A DNA stretch of 38,536 nt. It comes from an uncultured Verrucomicrobiota bacterium (GTDB taxonomy: Bacteria > Verrucomicrobiota > Kiritimatiellia > JAAZAB01). The notes beneath the pieces were generated by a model. That model saw only the letters and a program-made list of their open reading frames with translations, was not told the origin of the DNA and did not search any database. The stretch covers positions 1 through 38,536 of the forward strand of contig CAYWJE010000002.1 of assembly GCA_964458525.1 (NCBI GenBank). Direction: 5' to 3'. Position numbers and translations under genes: made by a program. This document shows positions 33,388 to 38,536 of the stretch, piece by piece (the stretch's first letter is position 1; each line of letters opens with the position of its first letter).

Positions 33388-34353
33388 ATGACGCCAGGCT
33401 TTACTTCCATGCGGAATTTGATATATCTATCGAAACATCGGAGACGATCGCCCTTGGCAAAACGAATCATCATAGCCAACCCGCATGGTTTCTGCTCAGG
33501 CGTGCGCAGGGCCGTTGAGACCATCGAGGAAGCGCTAAGCTTGCACAAGCCCCCCCTCTATTGCCTCCACGAAATAGTCCATAACCGTCAGGTCGTGGCT
33601 GATCTTTCGTCAAGAGGCGTGATTTTCGTCAGTAGTCTGGATGATGTCCCGGAAAGTGCCGCCCTGCTTTTCTCCGCACACGGTGTTTCCCCGGCGGTGC
33701 GGCTTGCCGCAACGGCGAAGAAATCAAAGATAATTGACGCCACCTGCCCCTTCGTATTGAAAGTGCATGAGGAGGTCAGGCGTTTTGCCGAATCCGGCTG
33801 CACCGTGTTTGTCGTGGGACAGGCAAGGCATGATGAGGTTGTGGGCGTTGCCGGAGAAGCGCCGGATCGCGTGACGGTTATCGAGAACGAAGCGGATGCA
33901 AAGCGCGTTACAGCTCGGGATCCCGACCGTGTCGCTGTTGTGTGCCAGACCACTCTCAGCGCTGTGTTCTCCGACAGGATTACATCAATCCTGCAATCGC
34001 GCTTCCCTGAATTGAGAATGCCGGCCAAAAGCGATGTGTGCTATGCAACGCAGGACAGGCAGCGTGCTGCCCAGGCTCTTGCAAAGGTAGCGGAATTAAT
34101 CCTCGTGCTCGGCTCGCGAAACAGCGCTAATACGCGCAGGCTCGCCGAGGTGGCAGGGGCTGCCGGTTGTCGGGCCGTGCAGGTCAGCGATATCATCGAA
34201 ATTGATAACATTCCGCTCGGCCCTGTGTGCGACCTCGGAATAACCAGTGGCGCATCAACCCCCGAATTCTTCCTCCAGTCAGTGATAAAGGAACTTGTTT
34301 CCATGGGATTTGAAACCATAGAAAACATGAAAAAGGAGAGCGCGTATGAATGA
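33388..34353 (+). CDS. ispH: 4-hydroxy-3-methylbut-2-enyl diphosphate reductase IspH (LytB)
   Basis: NPHGFCSGVRRAV (first Cys ligand), HEIVHN, DATCPFVLKVH (second Cys), VCYATQDRQ (third Cys region) and GSRNSANTRRL. An alternative start is at ATG 33409. Confidence 0.9.
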   Translation: MTPGFTSMRNLIYLSKHRRRSPLAKRIIIANPHGFCSGVRRAVETIEEALSLHKPPLYCLHEIVHNRQVVADLSSRGVIFVSSLDDVPESAALLFSAHGVSPAVRLAATAKKSKIIDATCPFVLKVHEEVRRFAESGCTVFVVGQARHDEVVGVAGEAPDRVTVIENEADAKRVTARDPDRVAVVCQTTLSAVFSDRITSILQSRFPELRMPAKSDVCYATQDRQRAAQALAKVAELILVLGSRNSANTRRLAEVAGAAGCRAVQVSDIIEIDNIPLGPVCDLGITSGASTPEFFLQSVIKELVSMGFETIENMKKESAYE

Positions 34354-35806
34354 AAATATGAAGGACCTGCGCAATGACAGCGAGCAGTATGTCGCCGGAC
34401 AGACAACAGCTTTCAGCGGACACAAGCCGCTCGTTTTTGTCGTGGCGTTCATTGCGGCCCTTGCCGGCCTGTTGTTCGGCCTGGATATAGGCGTCATCTC
34501 AGGAGCGCTGCCCTTTATCAGCAAGGAGCTGCTCGCGGATACCCTGACGCAGGAGAAGATAGTCAGCTCGCTGCTCTGGGGCGCAACGCTCGGCGCCGTC
34601 CTCAGCGGCTGGTGCTCCAAGCGGTTCGGACGTAAGATCACGCTTTTGGCCGCATCGGTGATCTTTGCTGCGGGCGCGTTTCTGAGCTCGATTGCGACTA
34701 CTTCCGGCATCCTCATCGGGACCCGTTTCTTCCTGGGTATCGCGGTCGGGATAGCCTCCTTCACCGCCCCTCTGTATCTTTCCGAAATCGCCCCGTTCAG
34801 CGTCCGCGGCGCTTTGATTTCCATGTATCAGCTCATGATAACCATCGGCATTCTGATTGCCTTTGTGTCCGACACCTACTTCGCGAGCTACGCGAGGTTT
34901 CACGATATAGTGGGCGGCCACTGGCGGATAATGATGGGCGTTCTAACCGTGCCGGCGCTGCTCATGTTCATCGGCATCATGTTCCTGCCGGAGAGCCCGC
35001 GCTGGCTTTCGATGAAGAACCTCGGCGCCTCCGCGCGCGGGGTTCTCCGCTCGTTGCGCGTTTCGGAGGAGGAGGTCGAATTGGAACTGCGCGATATCGA
35101 GGAGAGCCTGAAGACGAAGCAGGCCGGCATCAGCCTCTTTATGGAGAGCGCTCCCTTCCGCCGCACGATCATGCTCGGCATCCTGCTGCAGATGATCCAG
35201 CAGCTCACCGGGATAAACGTGGTGATGTATTACATGCCGAAGATCATGGAGTGTGCCGGCTTCGAGACCGTGGTCGAACAGATGTGGGGCACGGTGTCGG
35301 TCGGCACGGTGAACGTGCTGTCGACCTTCATCGCGATCGCCTTTGTTGACAAGCTGGGCCGCAAGCCGATCATGTACGCGGGCTTCGCCGTGATGGGCTT
35401 CTCAATGTGCATGGCAGGACTGCTTTTCGGGCTCGGATTCAAGGACAACCCGGCGCTCGCCTTCGCGACCATAGCCTTCCTCTTCCTCTTCATCGTGGGC
35501 TTTGCCTTCAGCGCCGGGCCGATCATCTGGGTGCTCTGCGCCGAGATTCAGCCCCTGCGCGGCCGCGACCTCGGCATAACGGTGAGCACGGCCACGAACT
35601 GGATAGTCAACGGGATTGTGGGGATGACGTTTCTCACTATGCTGGATAAGCTGGGACCAAGCACCACTTTTCTGATCTACGGTCTGCTCGAGATAGCGTT
35701 CATCTTCTGCTTCCTCCTGTTCGTGCCCGAAACAAAGGGCACTTCCCTCGAGAAGATCGAGGAGAACCTGTTCTCCGGTAAACGCCTGCGCGATATAGGG
35801 AATTAG
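34346..35806 (+). CDS. MFS sugar porter family transporter (sugar/inositol:H+ symporter-like)
   Basis: 12 predicted TM segments. Sugar-porter signatures GRKITLL, LPESPRWL, QQLTGINVVMYY and PETKGTSLEKIE. Its start overlaps the ispH stop. Confidence 0.9.
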   Translation: MNENMKDLRNDSEQYVAGQTTAFSGHKPLVFVVAFIAALAGLLFGLDIGVISGALPFISKELLADTLTQEKIVSSLLWGATLGAVLSGWCSKRFGRKITLLAASVIFAAGAFLSSIATTSGILIGTRFFLGIAVGIASFTAPLYLSEIAPFSVRGALISMYQLMITIGILIAFVSDTYFASYARFHDIVGGHWRIMMGVLTVPALLMFIGIMFLPESPRWLSMKNLGASARGVLRSLRVSEEEVELELRDIEESLKTKQAGISLFMESAPFRRTIMLGILLQMIQQLTGINVVMYYMPKIMECAGFETVVEQMWGTVSVGTVNVLSTFIAIAFVDKLGRKPIMYAGFAVMGFSMCMAGLLFGLGFKDNPALAFATIAFLFLFIVGFAFSAGPIIWVLCAEIQPLRGRDLGITVSTATNWIVNGIVGMTFLTMLDKLGPSTTFLIYGLLEIAFIFCFLLFVPETKGTSLEKIEENLFSGKRLRDIGN

Positions 35807-35814
35807 TAACAACT

Positions 35815-35831
35815 CAGAATTCGGAATTCTG
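35815..35831. promoter_or_regulatory. Perfect 8-1-8 palindrome CAGAATTC-G-GAATTCTG upstream of the porin gene (possible operator)
   Basis: Seen directly. The 16-mer TCAGAATTCGGAATTC (35814-35829) recurs exactly at 38325-38340, upstream of the formate/nitrite-channel gene. Confidence 0.3.
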
Positions 35832-35860
35832 AATATTTGAGGAGTTACGGGAGTTGAAAT

Positions 35861-37366
35861 ATGAGATTTGAAAAAGCTGTAACGGTCTGCGCTGCGGTCA
35901 TCTTCACCATGTCCGCCCTGCGCGCGCCGGCTCAAACCGGTTCATCAACGGACTCCGCTACGGAGAGCCAACAGGCAAACGACTCCGCTGCCGCAGTTAG
36001 GGACGAGCTCGAATCGCTGAAGAACCGGCACGCTGTGGAAATGCGCCAGCTGGAGGCCAGGTTGAAGGCGCTGGAAGCTACCTCCGCCCCGGCCTCCGGC
36101 GGGGCGCCCATGCCTCGCCAGGCAGTGACCCGCGATCTTGCTCTACCCTTCACAACTCCGCCGTTTGGAGGCTTTGAGTTCAACGGCTATCTTCGCTCCG
36201 GGTTCGGCGTGAACGGACACGGCGGCCACCAGGTCGCGTTCCAGGCCCCGGGCGCGGACGCGAAATACAGGCTGGGCAACGAGGCGGAGACCTATCTCGA
36301 AACCGCGCTGTCGAAGCATTTCATCATGCAGCCCGACAGGCCGTTCTTCAAGATGCAGGTCCGGCTTTCCTACAAGACCGATCAGGATACGGCGGCCGGG
36401 ATTCATGAGGACGGTCTCGCGCTGCGCGAGGCTTTCGTGGAGGCCGGTGACTTCGATTGGGGATCCGGCGTGAAATTCTGGGCCGGCCAGCGCTTTTATC
36501 GCAGGCTTGATATACACATCAACGATTACTATATCCTCGATATGAGCGGCTACGGCGGAGGCATCGAGGATCTGTCGCTGGCCCTGGGAGACGTCAAACT
36601 CGCCGCCGCCTATCTGGGCGGGTCGAGCGATGATTACGAATTTCCGAAGACCGGCCGCGTGGCTAAGAACTGTCTCGACCTGCGAATCTACGATATCCCG
36701 GCCCCGCTTGGCTCCGGCACGCTCTGGATCGCGCCGTCGTCCGTCAAGGGCGGCGAGTACACCGAGAAGGATTCAGAAGGCCAGTCTCTTACGCACACTT
36801 ACGAATCAAGCCTTGGCGGCGCCATCGGCGCGATACACGAGGTCCCGCTTCCAAACGACGGGATGAACCGGTTCAGCATCCAGTACGGGCGCGGCGCGGG
36901 CTCTGATTTCTCGCCCGTTGTCGAGAAGCCTTCGCCTGGACTTGATGACGCATGGCGCTTCCGCGTGGCGGACAGCACGCTGCTGCAAACTGCGGGACCC
37001 TTCACCATGATGAGCGCCCTGATCTACCAGGTGTTCGATAACGGCGAGAACGATTCATCCAGGATCACCTGGATTTCCGGGGGCCTGCGCCCAATCTACA
37101 GCTTCACCAGGCACGTCGCGCTGGCTGCCGAATTCGGGGCCGACTGGGTGGACAACGAGCCGGACGATTGCAGGGGAATTCTCTACAAGTTCACCGTCGC
37201 CCCCGAGTTGAGGATAGGCCCTGCCTTCCTCGACCGTCCCGTGCTACGCGCTTATTTCACCTATGCGACCTGGGGCAACGGCCTCGAAGGCAAGGTGGGT
37301 GAGTCGGCGTACATGGACGCAACCGCCGGCATCGCCGCAGGTCTGCAATGCGAGGCTTGGTGGTGA
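35861..37366 (+). CDS. Carbohydrate-selective porin (LamB/ScrY family) with an N-terminal coiled-coil extension
   Basis: Signal peptide (VCAAVIFTMSALRAPAQT). Coiled coil VRDELESLKNRHAVEMRQLEARLKALEA. Beta-barrel body with FEFNGYLRSGFG and the LamB-like C-terminus YFTYATWG...GLQCEAWW. Confidence 0.8.
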   Translation: MRFEKAVTVCAAVIFTMSALRAPAQTGSSTDSATESQQANDSAAAVRDELESLKNRHAVEMRQLEARLKALEATSAPASGGAPMPRQAVTRDLALPFTTPPFGGFEFNGYLRSGFGVNGHGGHQVAFQAPGADAKYRLGNEAETYLETALSKHFIMQPDRPFFKMQVRLSYKTDQDTAAGIHEDGLALREAFVEAGDFDWGSGVKFWAGQRFYRRLDIHINDYYILDMSGYGGGIEDLSLALGDVKLAAAYLGGSSDDYEFPKTGRVAKNCLDLRIYDIPAPLGSGTLWIAPSSVKGGEYTEKDSEGQSLTHTYESSLGGAIGAIHEVPLPNDGMNRFSIQYGRGAGSDFSPVVEKPSPGLDDAWRFRVADSTLLQTAGPFTMMSALIYQVFDNGENDSSRITWISGGLRPIYSFTRHVALAAEFGADWVDNEPDDCRGILYKFTVAPELRIGPAFLDRPVLRAYFTYATWGNGLEGKVGESAYMDATAGIAAGLQCEAWW

Positions 37367-37377
37367 GTCAGGTGGCA

Positions 37378-38172
37378 TCATTTATCAAAAAGATGTCTTA
37401 TCTGCCGGATCCTGTTGGGATGTATCACAAGGATGAAAATGCCGCCGATGATATTGCCCAGAGTCACCGGGACAAGGTTGCGAAACATCGCCGACATTTC
37501 ATAAAGGGCTCGCCCTTCGGCGAAGAGTCCAACGGGAATGAGATACATGTTGGCAACGCTGTGCTCGAAGCCGCAGGCTACGAAACAGGCGATTGGAAAT
37601 ATGATGCAGAGAACTTTTGACGCGAGATCCTTCGCCATTATGGCCATGATGATGGCAAGTATGACGAGGATGTTGCATAGAATTCCCCTGATAAGCGCCT
37701 CCATGAAGGGTATGGCTATCTTGTTTTCCGCGACCTCCGCGGCGAGAATGCCAAGTTCGTTCAAGGCTCCAGCATGCTCCAACAATCCTGCCCTGTAGAT
37801 GAGCCACGCGAGAAGAATGGAGCCCGCAAAATTTCCCGCATAGACAACACTCCAGTTCTTCAGCATTCTGCGCTTCGTGATTACGCGGGAAAGTACGCCC
37901 ACCATGATTGTCACATTGCCCGTGAACAGCTCGGCTCCGGCGATGACCACAAGAATGAGTCCGAAGCTGAACACCACTCCCGCCGCGATTCTGCCCATTC
38001 CGGAAGCCAGGGCAACAAGCGAGAAATGTCCTCCCATCCCTATATACAATCCGGCGAGAATGCCAAGGAGGAAGAGTTGCCAGATTTTCGTGTTCGCCTT
38101 CTTGATGCCGAGTTTCGCTATCGCCATGTTGGTTTCGCCTCCGTCAAGGCTCGGCACATATATGGAGTCCAT
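37378..38172 (-). CDS. Formate/nitrite transporter family channel (FocA/NirC-like)
   Basis: Six TM segments. FNT-type motifs (GAELFTGNV, ILCNILVILA, FVACGFEHSVANMY). GGAGGAGG RBS. Confidence 0.85.
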   Translation of the reverse strand: MDSIYVPSLDGGETNMAIAKLGIKKANTKIWQLFLLGILAGLYIGMGGHFSLVALASGMGRIAAGVVFSFGLILVVIAGAELFTGNVTIMVGVLSRVITKRRMLKNWSVVYAGNFAGSILLAWLIYRAGLLEHAGALNELGILAAEVAENKIAIPFMEALIRGILCNILVILAIIMAIMAKDLASKVLCIIFPIACFVACGFEHSVANMYLIPVGLFAEGRALYEMSAMFRNLVPVTLGNIIGGIFILVIHPNRIRQIRHLFDK

Positions 38173-38320
38173 TGTTATTTCCTCCTCCGGGTTCCTGTGT
38201 CAGAATGATTTCGAGCAGGGTATTTAACCGGATCGGAAATTGCAATACAGAAGACATCGAATGTTCTTGTCTTTCCCGTGCAATTCGGTAGCTTCAATAT
38301 GGTAACAGCTCCGGTAGCCA

Positions 38321-38447
38321 GGAGTCAGAATTCGGAATTCAGAATAAAACGGTCATAGAAACCCGCAAAGGCGGTCTTCGAAGCCGGATGGCTTCTCAAC
38401 CGTTTTTGCGTGTCTGCTTTGGTTTTCTATTCTGATTCCTGACTCCT
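38321..38447. repeat. Imperfect inverted-repeat element (about 127 bp) upstream of the FNT gene
   Basis: Left arm GGAGTCAGAATTCGGAATTCAGAATAAAAC and right arm GTTTTCTATTCTGATTCCTGACTCC are imperfectly complementary (the left arm carries an extra AATTCG). Internal hairpin GAAGCCGGATGGCTTC. No target duplication was seen. Confidence 0.45.
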
Positions 38448-38536
38448 GAATTGCCGCTTCGTTCCCATGACTTCGTATGGGCTCTGCCGAATACGGCGGT
38501 TTGAATACTTGAGTAGTTACCAATATTGATGCTATT

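Noticed and set aside
32572-33518. ORFs 32572-32823 (-), 32723-32992 (-), 33072-33317 (-) and 33303-33518 (+) in the gap before ispH
   Set aside because: They run through palindromic repeat modules and hairpins, lack an RBS and recognisable motifs, and their translations are repeat artefacts. The region is treated as non-coding.
1-38536. tRNA, rRNA, tmRNA, RNase P, prophage, integrase or toxin-antitoxin/defence genes
   Set aside because: No T-loop/anticodon-arm patterns, rRNA-like conserved blocks, recombinase/transposase ORFs or small paired toxin-like ORFs were found on either strand. The only mobile-element signals are non-autonomous.

Overview
This GC-rich bacterial window is dominated by a large flagellar locus on the + strand (about 79-25521). 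The locus opens with a regulatory block: a split sensor kinase, an NtrC-type sigma54 activator, a LysM protein, a REC-STAS protein, an 805-aa membrane-anchored TPR protein, a small helical ORF, a cytoplasmic PAS kinase and a second sigma54 activator. A structural block follows in Firmicute/spirochaete-like order: flgB-flgC-fliE-fliF-fliG-fliH-fliI-fliJ-(MgtE_N/FlbB-like)-fliK-flgD-flgE, a repeat-filled gap, then flbD-motA-motB-(second MotB-like)-fliL-fliM-fliN. No fliOPQR, flhBA or filament genes are present. Converging on fliN from the - strand are an outer-membrane beta-barrel gene, an Ig-like lipoprotein gene and a giant gene of about 1850 aa. The giant protein has two 8-bladed PQQ-like propellers, about eight FN3-like modules and six FG-GAP repeats. 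An 800-bp non-coding gap packed with nested palindromes follows. The window ends with ispH, an MFS sugar porter, a LamB/ScrY-type porin and a formate/nitrite-family channel. The most notable observations are (1) a MotB paralogue lacking the invariant channel Asp, (2) the non-canonical LysM/REC-STAS/TPR genes embedded between two sigma54 two-component pairs, with near-consensus -24/-12 boxes, (3) a 159-bp MITE with 26-bp terminal inverted repeats and an 8-bp target duplication, (4) a palindromic repeat family shared by two flagellar intergenic gaps, and (5) a roughly 165-nt multi-hairpin element upstream of ispH. No rRNA, tRNA or CRISPR array was seen. All functional calls come from motif recognition by eye; no searches were run.
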